Shown piece after piece: positions 38,600-53,229 of a DNA stretch of 64,000 bases. Each line of letters opens with the position of its first letter. Position 1 is the stretch's first letter. The notes beneath the pieces were generated by a model that was not told the origin of the DNA, made no database searches, and saw nothing but the letters and a program-made list of their open reading frames with translations. The translations under genes and the position numbers were made by a program. Source of the stretch: Ruditapes philippinarum (taxonomy: Eukaryota); NCBI RefSeq assembly GCF_026571515.1, contig NW_026852998.1, positions 310,001-374,000 of the forward strand, given 5' to 3'.

Positions 38600-41060
38600 C
38601 CATAAAAGAACAAGCAAATCCGGTTAGATTCAGTCTGTCTACCGATTTTGAGATAAAAATGATATTCATGAACAGGTTTAAACAGAATGTTCAACACAAA
38701 ATGTGTCGGTAGTAACGACAGAGGAACTAGATGAAGTACCGGAGATCTTTTTACAGCTGCTACACAACATTTTATTCCTGCTTTCACGGGTATGTCATTT
38801 CTGGAAAGTTGTCATCCTTCGGAATGAATGGTATCACTGCTTTAAATATTTAACACTAAATGATAAAAGTTCAGAACATTTCGTCGGCACTCATAAAGTA
38901 TATCATCAGAATCAAGTAAAACAAATGTATACAATAGGAAACAGCACATTTATCAGTCTTTTACAATGGAGAACAACCGCAAGAAAGTCAAATAAAAATA
39001 AAATAACTAAGTTATTATCAAGACATAATATAGGAAATAATTATAATAATAGTATAATATTTGTTATCAAAAAAATTGCTTTGAGTGATAAATTCGGCTG
39101 AAATCGAAAACTTTCAACGTCTTTATTACTATCTATGTTCAATAATTTGAAAAATTATCGGTCTTGTTTTCAAAATGTCTTAATCTAAATATAGACGTCC
39201 TTATGGTGCAGCATTTTCCCAACCGTAACCCCAGACATTAAACTTTTAAACATGATAAGAATAATTAAAATATTTGACTACTTTGTGTGGCCCTAGAGAC
39301 CGTTGGTGGTATAATTTTTGAATGAACATTGTGGTCTTGTCGGAAATGAATATTTTTATTTGCCCGAAAGAATTTCGGGCATATTATGTTATACCCCCTG
39401 TCGTCCGTCTGTCCGTCCGTCCGTTAGCAATTTGATTTCCATTTAGCCCACAGTATTCAAATTTCATAGGATGATTGCCGATGTTGGGTAGTAGAAGACA
39501 TCTATTGATTTTGGGGTCACAAGGTTAAAGGTCAATGTCACTATAACCTTAAAACTGAAAATGGTTTCCGCAGAATAACTTAGGTTCCATTTGGCCCACA
39601 GTATTCAAACTTCATAGGATGATTGCCCCTGATGGGTAGAAGACCCCTATTGATTTTGGTGTTACAAGGTCAAAGGTCAAGGTCACTATTACCCTAAAAC
39701 TGAAAATGGTTTCCGGAGCATAACTTAAGTTCCATTTGGCCCACAGTTTTCAAACTTCATAGGATGATTGTCCATATTAAGTAAAAGACCCCTATTGATT
39801 TTGGGGTCATTAAGTCAAAGGTCAAGGTCACTATAACCCTAAAACTGAAAATGGTTTCCGGAGCATAACTTTAGTTCCATTTGGTCCACGGTATTCAAAC
39901 TTCATAGAATGATTGTCCATATTCGGTAAAAGACCCCTACTGATTTTGGGGTCACGAGGTCAAAGGTCAAGGTCACTATTAGCTTAATACTGAAAATGGT
40001 TTCCGGAGCATAACTTAAGTTCCATTTGGCCCACAGTATTCAAACTTCATAGGATGATTGTCCATATTGGATAGAAGACCCCTATTGATTTTGGGGTATT
40101 AATGTCAAAGGTCAAGGTCTCTATTAGCTTAATACTGAAAATGGTTTCCGGAGCATATCTTAAGTTCCCATTTGGCCCACTGTATTCAAACTTCATAGGA
40201 TGATTGTCCATATTGGGTAGAAAATCCCTATTGATTTTGGGGTCACAAGGTCAAAGATCAAGGTCACTATCACCTTAAACAGTTTTCGCTCAATAACTCA
40301 AGTATTAATCAACCTATAGCTGTATTAACAGCTTTATACCCCTGACGTCTTTTCGTCTATCCGTTGAAGCATTTTTACTTACAAGATAACAACTTGATGG
40401 TTGTGCTTTGAAAACAGCAACTGTATATACACATGAAGGTTCTTCAGCTATAAAGGAGGATTGCTTTTTGAAGGGGGTCATACTGTATTTAATTCCCATG
40501 TCTTACAAATGCTTCATCCTTACTAAAAGAAAAGATACTTTCGGGCATATAATGCTCCGCCTAGCGGTGCTCTTGTTATACTAATCATGTTGCCTATGCT
40601 ACAGCGCTTTTATCCACAAGGTGGTATGTTTATATAATGATACAGATATATAAAACTATGTGCAGTCTTCGATTGAGATTATAAATGGTTGATTTTTACT
40701 TACATTAATGCAATAGTCTCAATATTTCGACGGCAAGACAGACCGATTTTATAATCTGATATTTCATTGGGCGACCACCGAATATACAAAAAAGCCCTAA
40801 AGCGCACAATTTGTTGGGCTAATTAATGCAACTGCTCTTAAAACGGATGACATTTGACTTTACTTTTTTAACATAAATTGCCTGCCACGTTTGTCAGAAA
40901 TGCAGAAAATATGCAATCAACTATTTCATTTTAAAAATGATAACAACCTTACACCCAAAATTAATTTAAAATGAAATTCTAGACCAACCGATCCACCCGC
41001 ATTAATTATATTCTTATTGCTGAAGAAAATAAGAACAGTAAAAAAGGAAACTTCATGGCT
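38600..41060 (+). pseudogene. Decayed TLR-like pseudogene on the + strand, interrupted by a HINE
   Basis: LRR-like ELDEVP, AFTGMSFLES, TIGNSTFISLLQ...NKITKL; after the insertion STRWYVY and YVQSS.D*DYKWL (TIR box1-like). Confidence 0.4.
39353..40577 (+). mobile_element. HINE-like element with 6 tandem ~146-bp units
   Basis: 5' hairpin tgcccgaaag-aat-ttcgggca, (tccg)n, 3' ctttcgggcata plus hairpin gctccgc-cta-gcggtgc, ends tcttgtt. Confidence 0.9.
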
Positions 41061-41842
41061 GAATAAAACAATGATAACTGATAACTTAAATAATTATTAA
41101 CCAAATTAGAATTCATTTTGATACATTTCAACATGAAAAAGTATATTAAATGAAGTTGAAATTATATTTTATAAATATGGCATTTTTACAATATCAATAT
41201 TTTAAAGGACAATTATTGGTATGGACAATAAGGACGCTTATTATAAATGAAATTATAGTTTAAACATATTTTATTCATAATCATACACAGTACATAATAT
41301 ACATTCATTCAATATATACAATGTTGAAATGGATTAGAACGAAAGATATGAAATCTTATAAAGTTCTTCTCTGGAATTGACAAAGCATAATCTTTATTTC
41401 TATCAAATAACATATGAATGATATACATGTATGATATCATATATAATAAAATTTTGACAGAAAACATACAATCACGCAGAACGTATCTTATGATTATATA
41501 TAGTGTTTAATCATAAAAAACACATATTATTTTGAATGACTTTATCGAGACATGCATTGATAACTTTGAAAGGTACACATTTGGATTTCAATTTAAAATA
41601 AATGAAGATTTATGACATTATACTTAAGGTATAATTTTGGATTGTAAACAATTAGCTGTATTTATGACGGATCGTGTATTTCAAATTTTACCAATATTAT
41701 TTACATAATAATATTATAATATCATTACATTTATGTTCACAATAACATTATAATATTGTATTAGATTAAACAGAACAATGCTTTTGAAAAATACCAAATA
41801 AAAATCATGTAGATAAACAATTTGAACACAGTGATGTTTGAT

Positions 41843-42440
41843 ATTATACAATTATTGACTAGTGAGCCATTGAATATGATGTGATATTCACCGGCAGATG
41901 ACATATTGACCGAGGCGATAGCCGAGGTCAATATGACTTTCTGCCGGTGAATATCGCATCATATTCAATGGCTCACTAGTCAATAATTGTTTTATTATAT
42001 GAATAGGCTAAGAATTAAAAAAAATCACGAAAAAGTACATCCTTATATACATGTACAACTTTTGCCTCGTTGAAGCGCGAGAAAAAAGACGCACGTGTTA
42101 TGCGTGCAACGACTACGCGAACGCTGCGCATACAAAAGTAATTCAAGTTTATACTCATCGATGCGGTTAAGCCTTTAAGTATAACAGTAAAGTAATGATA
42201 TTGCAATCGAGAAATATGCCATAAAGAACAAAACGCAACAATTATTTTTTAATTAACACACGTAATTAACAGTCTACGGTGTATGGTCATTGAATATGAG
42301 TCTCAATCTATATTTAGACTTGGAAAATCCAATTCAGCCAGTTAATATGATACTACACCCAGTGAATATGATTTTATAAAAAGTTATGTTGACTACAGTT
42401 TGGACCAATGAGATTGCAGCTATTTTTAGATCATATAATA
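41843..42440. mobile_element. Non-autonomous element with a ~145-bp terminal palindrome
   Basis: Near-perfect hairpin ~41848-41991 around ccgaggcgatagccgagg; short IR ttattatatga/tcatataataa; absent from paralogs at ~47690 and ~58505. Confidence 0.8.
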
Positions 42441-42689
42441 ATTGAAGTTGTTTTTTTTTTCCATCATACAAAATGTGTTTCGGTCAACAATACTATTTTT
42501 TTATCAAATACAATGGTAATATAAAGCGTCAAAGATCTTTATATAGCATTATGCTGTTCCATTGTATGTACGACAGTTTCTTTTTAAAACATTTACGATA
42601 GCTTTAACTTTGAAAAGCTCATGTCTTGTTGATTTTTAGTTGGGTGGTTTTAATAGTTCTTTTTGAAAACTATATAATCACCATTAGGC

Positions 42690-44150
42690 TGTTGGTTTGT
42701 GATATGTAGGTTTCCATCCCCTTTTAAAAGTTCATTTTACACAGTTTCGTCCATTGTTTCCACGATTAGGGTAAAATCATTTTTGTAGTTGGGGATCATA
42801 CGCCGCCACTTTCAGTGGAATGGTGCCAGAGGTCATAGACGATAGCTTGCATTTAACACTACTGTCCAAGAATAGACCCAATCAAACCGAGCTTGCAACA
42901 TTTTCAATTTTGCCTTTTAGGAATTTCGTTTTTTTCTATATTGTACTTGGCTTATTATTTGTAAATGTCATATATTTATTAGCGAAAATATAAAGAATAA
43001 CATGATATTTAATAAAAACTTATATTTAGCTCACCTTAATGAAAATTTATGACACCAGTGAACAATTTGGCAATTTTATATGTGATTATAGCAAATATTG
43101 AATAGGAAATCATTAACAATATTTGGTTTCAGTTCGACACTGTACAAAACGAATATTTGCACCTCCCTTCCCCCCGTACAAACACACATGAGGATTATTC
43201 TTCCAATATCTTGCCTCAACAATTCTCTTAGGAGTTAATATTCTCGTAAATATTCGGACAAATTTAGCAACGCTGTCATTTTAATACATGATTTAATTGA
43301 TAAATTGACAGTTTACTCATCTCTTCCTCCACAATTACGAAAGTAATATTACAGGAAATACCGGAAGTAACATAGATTTGAAAGTGCTGTTATTGCCACG
43401 AGTTAAAACTCTTAACGATGGCCATTGTGATCCTGGGAAATAATCTATTTTTTAAACACAATGAGATAATCTATCCTCTCAGCTCAGAGCTGATGGGTAG
43501 AGTATTAGATTTGTAATGTAATCGAACGTTCATAGGTATAAAAATTTATGAAACATAGTCTTCTGTATTAAAATTGCATTTTAACAACTTGTAAATTCTA
43601 AGTTTTGGGATATTCTGTTAGCCTCTAATCACTGCATGACTAATACAAAAAGCACCGAGATTCTTCATAGGTTCTGGAAAGTGATTATTAAGAACCATAT
43701 GAATAATTGCTAGAAAGGTCCATTTTCTGTTCGCTTTACGACCAAGCTAATACGTCTCTACTTGTGTAACTGATCGTAAGAAATAATAAAAACTTTTACA
43801 TAGCTCACGCATCCACGCAATTGTCAATGCTAAATGTGTTGAAATGTATTATACCGAAAGACAATAAATTTCATTTAATAAAGCACACAAAACAACACTT
43901 GAAGCTCTTTGTTGTAGGAAAATTCTGGGAAGTGGAGGTCAGTAAATGTTGAAAGATCCCCTGTAAAGTGTCCATTTGGACCAAGAGACTACACCTATAG
44001 ATGGGGACCTTTATGAAAATTCTTTTACAGTAAAGTGGCTGTCATTATAAGGGTGTAAAGTAAACTGTGTAGTACAATTCATCCAACTTTTGGAATCTCT
44101 TATTTTGTTAAAATTTGAATTTGCCTATGGATCGATCATCACAGCTTTAA
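42690..44150 (-). pseudogene. Decayed TLR-like pseudogene, type B (LRRs-LRRCT-TM-TIR)
   Basis: In order on the minus strand: FSYNKEL, KMDLSSN, LLNLSE, KNNPHVC, ILLMISYSIFAIITYK (TM), YDIY, KIENVA, KQW...NF*KG. Confidence 0.6.
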
Positions 44151-44206
44151 TGTTGAATGGCTTGTGCTATGTTAATAAACAACTTGCCTTATTTACATGC
44201 GCGGTA

Positions 44207-44935
44207 ACTGGTAACTTAGACTAATCACTTCCGGTGTCAGCAAGATAAGGGTTAAATGTTCATTATATTCCATGAAAATACAAAACATTTTAGAAAATCA
44301 AAATAAAGTTCAATTGATGTTGTGAAATGTATAAAAACGATGTTGATCTTAGGTGGACTGGAAGTAAACAGTATTAACCGTTACTGAAAAGTTACTTTTT
44401 AATTTTGCTGTTCCTTTTTCTTTGAAACGAGACATTTGATGTGTAGATATTTAGTTGTGTAGGATCTAGTCTGCATTATAAAGAAAATCAAAAACATTAC
44501 ATGTTGGTATCTTCCATAGAGTTGTTGGTATATGTTACTCAACGTATTATAGTTTATAATTATATATATATCAGAAATATATATGTTGATAAAGTCAATA
44601 TTTAGTTTTGCAATCATGGGGAAGTAATTTTAATGCAGCAAAAGAATTGTTTTAATGGATTCAAGTGTCCATTTATGGTATTTTTTACTTTTGTTTTAAT
44701 CAAATGTTTATGTGAATGAAACTTTGATAAGTTTGTTTTTAAGTTTTTTAGTTTTCATGATAAAGAAATATAATGTGTTTGCCAGTATTTTGGTTTGAGA
44801 TAGTTTGTATTACGTTACATGTCGTCAGTTACTATTGTACAGATAAATATGACAATAAAAAGCATTGAATCAAAACTCTCTTGTCTTGTTATATATTTTC
44901 GCAAAATTGAAACTTTGTTTTCTAACAAATTTATT
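44207..44935 (+). repeat. Duplicate of the CELF 3'-UTR end (33071-33800); start of segmental duplicate 2
   Basis: Near-identical over several hundred bp, including AATAAA at 44854-44859. Confidence 0.95.
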
Positions 44936-44989
44936 TATTAATAAGAAACCTGAACTGCTCAATGTTATATGGTTCAATGTAAAGATAGG

Positions 44990-46480
44990 CAAAAAGCAGG
45001 CCGGGGGCCATACGCCGGACCATACACCGCTTTTCATTGAATGGCTCGAAAGTGTCACATTGAGGGTTCAATGATAACCGCCGTATGGACACATCTGCGG
45101 AAGTTTCTTAATTCAAAATTTCACCATTTGCTTAAGCCGGTGCTAGGGGGTGGGGGTGAACGGTAGTTTGCACTTGACAGTACCGTCCATGAACAGGCTC
45201 AATCAAACCCGAGGCTGCAACATTTTAAATTTGCCGTTTTGGACTTTCTTCAGGGATTCCTATTTTCTCGACTTTGGATGTTAAGTTGAAATACAATTAA
45301 TATCAAATAAAAATGGCAAATGAAAAAAAAACCCAATAAAAACAATATAATCATTATACTTAGACGTTTTCTTGAATTTGAGCAAGGATCTTAATTACTT
45401 TTATTGTAATATAAATCCGTGATTTGAGGTGTAATTTGAGCTAATAACCACAATGTCTTACTCGGACATAAGAAATAAAATTCATTCATTAAAAGATTGT
45501 AAAGTATGTACACATGTTTATCAACGTTTTTTTGGTTCTTGGTATATGGTGGTTTTAACACATTTGAAATGTACACGCTGTAAAAAGCGTGACAATTGTT
45601 TCATTGCAACGAATATAGCAAATCGAAAATCACACATAAATAAACTAATTTGGTCATGTATGAATTGACCTTTGATTTTCAGAACAAACAACTCCAGGTT
45701 TGAGTAAGGGATATGTGTTTTACACGTGATATTTTTTCCCAAATATAAAAATGTCCGCAAAAATATACAAAAAAAACCAATATCACATGTTTTAGACGAA
45801 CATAAATAATCTAAAAAGCAGAATACACCAAACATGACAAAACAACTGTATGACTTATTTCAAAATTGTTAAAAAATATGATATTTCTTTCAGAAAACAA
45901 TTTAATAAATTAATTATGAACTAACATGTAATTAAATGTAATGATGGAAAATCATTTCAAAATACAAAATACAAGTGGAATCAGCTAATGCTTTAACATT
46001 ACCAGTCCGGATTGCAGGAACTATTGCCCGAAAAGTCCAGTTTGTTTGTCACAAAGTTGTAACACATATATTAACAAATCCAAAAGCGGTCATAACAAAT
46101 TAAAAACACATTTAAACTTACATATTTTGCGGTATAGGAAACGAAGAATTAATCAAAAACATTTATTAATAATATTTATTTTCCTTGAATGAAATAAACT
46201 AGTCAACGAACCTAAAGAAACTTTTGCTGTAATTTTTGAGATTGTAATTTTAAAATAAAAATTAATTAGATAGTGGTAATCAGTATTTTCTAAATGGTGA
46301 TAAATATATCACGGAATGTGTCACAAATATGTGATTGTCTGTTTTGTTGTCAATATATGAACAAGTTGAAAAGCAGAATAAACGAGTTTTAAGAAACAAA
46401 ATTAACTTTGAATCATAGACTTTGTAATGAACCTAACCTGGTATCAATGTCAATTCAATGATTTTACCTTATTTGATCAA
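44990..46480 (-). pseudogene. TIR remnant plus type A TLR-like pseudogene, copy 2
   Basis: Paralogous to 36500-38480; KW*NFE and KLDFSGNSSCN. Confidence 0.45.
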
Positions 46481-47959
46481 ACAAACAGCATAGTGTGAAA
46501 GCTGCACTATTTCTATACTTGTGGCGTTTCTAAATTTTAGGAAAGGGAAGTCCCTTCGAAGCAATGAAAACCGCAAAAGTACACCATAAAAGAACTAGCA
46601 AATCCGGTTAGATTCAGTCTGTCTACCGATTTTGAGATAAAATGATATTCATGAACCGGTTTAAACAGAATGTTCAACACAAAATGTGTCGGAAGTAACG
46701 ATAGAGGAACTACATGAAGTACCGGAGAACTTTTTACAGCTGCCACACAGCATTTTATTCCTGCTGTCACGGGTATGTCATTTCTGGAAAGTTGTCATCC
46801 TTCGGAATGAATGGTATCACTGCTTTAAATATTTAACACTAAATGATAAAAGTTCAGAACATTTCGTCGGCACTCATAAAGTATATCATCAGAATCAAGT
46901 AAAACAAATGTATACAATAGGAAACAGCACATTTATCAGTCTTTTCCAGTGGAGAATAAGCGCAAGAAAATCAAAAACAAATAAAATAAGTAATTTATTA
47001 CCAAGACATAATTTAGGAAAATACAATATTAATACATGTAGTACAATAATTGTTATCAAATTTGTTTGATGCATAATTGACTGTGATAAAGTTGGCTGAA
47101 ATCGAATACTTTCAACGTTTTTATTTGAATATTAAACAGTGTCTTAAATATGGCATTTTTACGGTATCAGTATTTTAGATGACAATTATTGGTATTAAAA
47201 ATAAGGACAATTTTTATAAATAAAATTGATAAAAGTATCATCTTTATTTCTGTCAAATAATATCACATATAATAACATTTTGACAGAAAACATACAATCA
47301 TACACTCAAGGCAGAACGTTTCTTATGATTATATTAATTGTATAAACATCAAAACATCCTGAAAGACTGCTTCGAAACATGCATTGTTTAGTTTGAAAGG
47401 TACATATTTGGATTTCAATTTAAAATTAATGAAGATTTATTACAATATGTTTAACGTATAATTTTGGATTGTAAAGAATAAGCTATTTTAATCTTTCATA
47501 ACAGATAGTGTCTTTCATATTTTACAAATATTATGTATATAGTAATATTATAATAATATTACATGTGAGTACATTATAACATAAGGTATTAATGCTGTAT
47601 TAAATTAAAAACAGAACAAAGCTTTTGAAGCCAATAAAAAATGTACATAAACCATTTGAATTAGAATAAATCGGGCAACAAAATGATGCTTGATGTTTCT
47701 TTTTCATCATAAAAAATCATGTGTTTCTGCAGAGATTTAAGGTTAAACATTTCGGTTTATTTTATAAACTATTATGGTAATAAAAATTATAATAGCGTCA
47801 AAGATCTGTATGTATTATTGTACTGTTCCATTATGTACGACAGTTTCTTTTATAACATTTATCATAGATTTATTTAACTTCGAAAAGCTGACGTCTTCTT
47901 GATTTCTAGTTTGATGGTTTTAGAAGTTCTTCTTGAATACTATATAATCACCCATAGAT

Positions 47960-49050
47960 TGTTGGTGTGTGATATGGAGGTTTCTGATCCCCTTTCAAAA
48001 ATTCATTTTACATAGTTTCGTCCATTGTTTCCTCGTTAAGGGCAATTTAGTTCTTCTATTTGGGGATCATACGCCGCTTTTCATGGAATGGCACGAACGT
48101 GTCACATTAAGGGTTACATTGTCTCCGCCCTATAAACTTATCAGCGGATGTTTCTCAATTCAAACTGTCACCATTTTATGCTCAAATGTAGAAGTCTGCT
48201 TTAGCCGGTGCCAGAGGTCATGAACGGTAGCATGCATTTACCTCTACCGTCCAAGAACAACTTTTTCAATTTTGCCTTCTAGGGATTTTGTATTTCCCTA
48301 TTGTACTTGACTTATTATTTGTAAAGTGTCATATATTTATTAGTGAAAATATAGACACATGAGATTTAATAAAAATACAACAACATTCCTTTTAGCTCAC
48401 CTAAACGAAAACTTATGACACCAGTGAACAACCTGGCAATTTTATATGATCACAGCAGATATCAAATAGGTGGAATATGTACAACAAGAATATTTGCCTC
48501 TCCTCCTGCCCCCCTTACACACACTCGGAGAGTTTTCTTGCAATATCTTGCTTGAAAATTTCTCTTAGGAGTAAATATTCTCGTAAATATTCGGACAAAT
48601 TTAGCAACGCTGTTATTCTAATCCATGATTTACATGTACTTGATAAATTGCAATTTAATCATCTCTTCTTCCACAAATACGAAAGTAATATTACAGGAAA
48701 TACTGTAATTAAATAAGATATACAAATGCTGGTATTCGGACGAGTTGAAACTCTTAACAATCGACATTGTACCAAGAACCATGAACGATTGCACACAAAA
48801 CAACACTTGAAGCTCTTTGTTGCATCCACGCAATTTTCAGCGCTAAATGTGTTGGAATTTATTATACCGAACGACAATAAATTTCATTTAGTAAAGCAAA
48901 AAACACAACACAACACTTGAAGCTCTTAAATTGTTGTAGGAAAGTTCTGGAAAGTGGAGGCCAGTAAATGTTGAAAGATCCCCTTTAAAGTGTCCATTTG
49001 GACCAAGAGACTACACCTATAGATGGGGACCTTTATGAAAATTCTTTTAC
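47960..49050 (-). pseudogene. Type B TLR-like pseudogene, copy 2 (rearranged)
   Basis: Paralog of 42690-44030; TIR motifs KW*QFEL, GGDNVTL, F*KGIRN. Confidence 0.55.
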
Positions 49051-49522
49051 AGTATGAAAACAGTATTTAGGTATGAAAGTGTGTATTTATAAGCTGTACA
49101 AAATAATTTATCGTTTAAAAAATGCAAGATAGTTGACCTTGGTTATTTATTAAAACAAACAAAATTTGATATTTCCTTTTATGTTTATTGACTTATAATG
49201 CTACAAGACGAAAACGTATATTTATAGGGTTAAACATATTTAAAGGGTTTTGCATTACATCAGTGACACATTTTTATATGACTTATTCGGCAAGAAGCAA
49301 ACACAAACTTTCTCAACATAATTATGACGCAAATATCGACATTAATATTTATTAATTACGTATGTATTAGGAATAATTATCAAGGGCATTATTTTCAATT
49401 TATTGGTTTCATGTTTCAACTTTACTTCATAGCACTTTGTTTTTCTGATCTGTTAATTTCTTACAATTGATTTTCAACCTGCAGCGATAATTACTACAGG
49501 ATCACGAAAAAATAGACAAGTA

Positions 49523-50605
49523 ACAGTTTATACTAAATTATATGAAGTATTGTGTGGCCAGTGATCAGTTACGGAGCAGCAATATGGGGAACCCGAGAAT
49601 ACTCAGCGATAAACGCAGTTCACCATCGTGCCTGCAGATTCTTCCTTGGTGTAGGCAAAAATACTCCGAACGACGCAGTTACAGGCGGCATGGGATGGCT
49701 CCCCCCTCGGATAAGACAATGACGATCTACACTCGGACATTGGTTTAGGTTAAATAATATGCCATCCACAAATACTATATTCAGTCTGAGAGATCAAATT
49801 TTATGAACTCATTGCAAGACAAACTGTTTCTGGATTTCAAAAATGATTGATCAACGAGAATAAATTCAACTACTGGTGTTAGCGGACGAACAAAAGGCAA
49901 CAAACTAAGACAATATAAACTATTTAAGAAAGAATATAAAACAGAAGACTATGTACAGTCTGAAATAATAAAAAGACGTAATAGAAGCGCATTATCAAAA
50001 TTTAGATGTGGAGTTGCTCCTCTAAAAATTGAGACTGGTCGTTATGAAGCTTTACCAGTTAATGAGAGAATATGTTTTAATTGTAGTAATAGCATTGAAG
50101 ATGAGCTACATGTCCTTGTTAAATGTCCACTTTATTCGCAAATAAGAGATGCGCTTTATATCGACATATGTAAAACAAATGACAGATTTCTAATGTATAG
50201 TGATAATGAAAAATTTATATACATTTGTATTTGCTATCAAATGAAAATATTGTAAAATATTCTGCCAAAGCCTGCTTTGATATATTATGTGTGAGGCGCA
50301 ATTTATTATATAATGGCTAATTTTTACTCTGTACATATGTATCATAGTCAAAATCCGAATCATAGTTAGTATGCGTTTGTTTTATATGTGTAATATAATT
50401 TTTATTGCCACCACATATTTCAGCTTTTAACAATATTTTAATATTTTAAACGTTTTTTTTATATTTATGATCATGTTCTTAGTCTCTCATAACTCTTTTA
50501 GAGTGGTTTTGTACACGTATTTCTTTTATAACTTTGTTATATTTGTCAATGTATGTACAAAAGTAAGACTTAAATAAACAAATTGACTTGACTTGACTTG
50601 ACTTG
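49523..50605 (+). mobile_element. 5'-truncated LINE (CR1/L2-group-like) ORF2 C-terminus and 3' UTR
   Basis: PVISYGAAIWG...RACRFFLGV...KLRQYKLFK...LSKFRCGVAPLKIETGRY...RICFNC...IEDELHVLVKCPLY; AATAAA and (ACTTG)n tail; empty site in the inverted paralog near 60645. Confidence 0.9.
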
Positions 50606-50844
50606 AGTAGCCCCCAACCTTAAGAAACTAAAATTACTGAAGTAAGAAATTAAATTTGCTGAATTAACAAGTTTTGTCGCCTTCAATTTTATTCATTTGC
50701 ACGTATGCACTAGTTGTTTAACAGCAATATACATTTAAAGTTCACTTTATTTCAAATATTCTGATATAACTACTTTGCATCATCGAGACCGGCTAAAATT
50801 GAATACTCAATTTATTTCTTTTATTCATGAATAGTTATTGTCAT

Positions 50845-52285
50845 TGGTGCTAGGGGGCGTAGCTTGCAATTACCATAACTGTCCATGATCAGGCACAATG
50901 AAACGCGCCTGCAACAGTTTAAATTTTTGTCGTGTTGGACTTTCTTTAAGGATTCTGTTTTTCTCTATTTTTTCAGATGTGAGTTAGGGATATGAGCTTT
51001 ACACGATATATCCCTTCCTAATGATCAACATGTACACAAATATCATCAAATTGGCCAATATCACATGTTAAGAACCTAACAGCAATGTGCTGACTACCCT
51101 ACAGTTAACTTCAAGCAGTATATACAACTGTTTGAGACCCATGTTTTCTTTAAAGGAAAACAAACGTTACGAATTCATTTGAAGTTATTAAAGGACCTAT
51201 ATTGAGATCAAAAAGCCTAAAAACATGACATTTGAAAATCTTGTACAAACATCAGTGGGACATTGAAAATGAAAAATATTAAAAAGATAATAAAGATATA
51301 TCCTTAGAATAAAATTGAAAAATCAACATTTACTGCTACTCTTTGAATTAAAAGCGTTAAAACGTCTTTCATTTCATCTTTTTGCACTATAACAGTGATT
51401 ATTCTTGAAAAACGGAGCGAATTATCTCTTTGGCATTAAAATTATAAATATAAATTATTGATAGAGACACACATCAAATCGTTTCAAATTCTTGAAAAAT
51501 TATTTTCAATCAATACATGTAAAAAAAATTCTCAGTAGAGTCACTTTAATTAAGGATTGTCATTCTTTTCTAGGTAGTATTTATTATAATTGATCATTTT
51601 ACACTGAATTCTGTAGATGAAGAAAATTTCTTCGATTAGATTTCTTACATCTTACATATTATGTGTAAAGTCCATCACAAAGTAGGTGAAGTCTTATAAA
51701 TTTTCTTTCCTAATTAAATATCAAAACATTTATAAAGTTTATATTTATGAAATATTGAGGGCGACACAGTAATGTACAAAGATGCTTCAATCATCAAAAA
51801 TATTTCTCAGCAGAAATCCTAATGTCTGTTATTCGGGCATGCTACATCTTATTTTATTGATATCGTTAACTGGTTATGTAAACAACACAACCATTCTTTG
51901 AATAGCTATGTGTCGTTCCATTGTGTATGAAAAATAGATATGAGCAAAGCTTCATTCGCTCAACATTAACTTTTTTCATCAATCTGTTTCACAATGTAAG
52001 TATACGAAGCAATTACTTAAAATGTCCGATTTCTTGTTGCTCGACTAATTGCCTCATCATTTGTAAACGTATATGTGATCATTTTGTTAAGGTGTCATAT
52101 ATATTTATTCGTGAAATTATTAATAAAAAAACGAGACATCTTGAGCTTGGTGCAAAATAGATGCAACTCAATATATATGCCACAAAAGTTATTTCCTTTT
52201 CGCACCAAACATTCGAGCTGATGAAACTTCATAATAGATTTTCAAAAACCTCTGGACTATTTTATATGGTAATTCTCTATGTGAT
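50845..52285 (-). pseudogene. Type C TLR-like pseudogene
   Basis: PEVFENL, QLECLVRKGNNF and MDFTHN LRR-like pieces, then the juxtamembrane segment and N-terminal TIR module shared with the other copies; paralog at 61190-62340. Confidence 0.4.
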
Positions 52286-52287
52286 CA

Positions 52288-52845
52288 TATAGAGGGTATT
52301 TGTTTGTTTTGCATGTAAGATTGAAATATAATTTCACTGAGTGAACACCAGATGCAATAATTTCACGAGTGGCGTAGCCACGAGTGAAAATATAATAGCT
52401 GGTGTTCACGAATGAAATATATTTCAATCTTATATGAAAAACAAATAAATTTTCTTTTTATTTCATGCGTTTTAAGTGATTTTAAGTAATATTTACTGAT
52501 TTTGCCGCGTAACGTCGCGCATTCTCCTTCGTGACGTCATCACATCATGACGTCACATCAACAAGTTTGAAATATAGTTCTGTTAAATTTCTCTAATTTT
52601 GTTACATTTTTAGCATAATGTAGGGGCCTTTGCTGGCATCGACTTTCTTTTCCGAAAGAAGCAAAATTTACGCATGACGGCATTTATTTTTGCCTGTTAT
52701 TCCATTCAGTTTTGATTTCCTTTTCATCCGCATTCAGATATAGTCCGGCTACAGTGAAAATTATATTTTATAAATTTCACTAGTGGTTTATCAGAATATT
52801 ATCATCTGATATATTACAATAAAACACTGGAAAGCATGAAATAAA
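52288..52845. mobile_element. Non-autonomous element with a long terminal palindrome
   Basis: Hairpin ~52298-52450 around cacgagtggcgtagccacgagtg; IR tttatttcatgc/gcatgaaataaa; absent at the paralogous site ~62345. Confidence 0.8.
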
Positions 52846-53229
52846 GAAATATCAAATATGACAGGAATCAATTATGCCCTGTTTATGTTAGAATGTGTAT
52901 TACGAATATATGTGTCATACACTCGAGGATTACCGTGCCTCTCTTTCTTGAATGAGTATTAACATTGTCCTAAATATTCAAATGAATTAAGATGTCATGA
53001 TTAAATTGACGATTTGATAGATAATTGAACTGTTCCGCCAACTGTTACAAAAGAAACAGTACAAGAATGTGGGAGGTAACTTTACCAATGACCATTGCGA
53101 CACTTGAAAAGTATGTAGGAAAATTAAAATTTGTAACGGTAGTAGTAAATAAGAAAAGGTAAAAGTAAAACTAAAGAAAAAGAAAATGCTGGTACTCACT
53201 CACTCACCTTTCGTTTGAAATCAACAACT

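Noticed and set aside
47969-48223. Plus-strand ORF also present at 58794 (HTPLFMEW...)
   Set aside because: Antisense to the TIR remnant and interrupted by stops in other copies; conservation reflects recent duplication.
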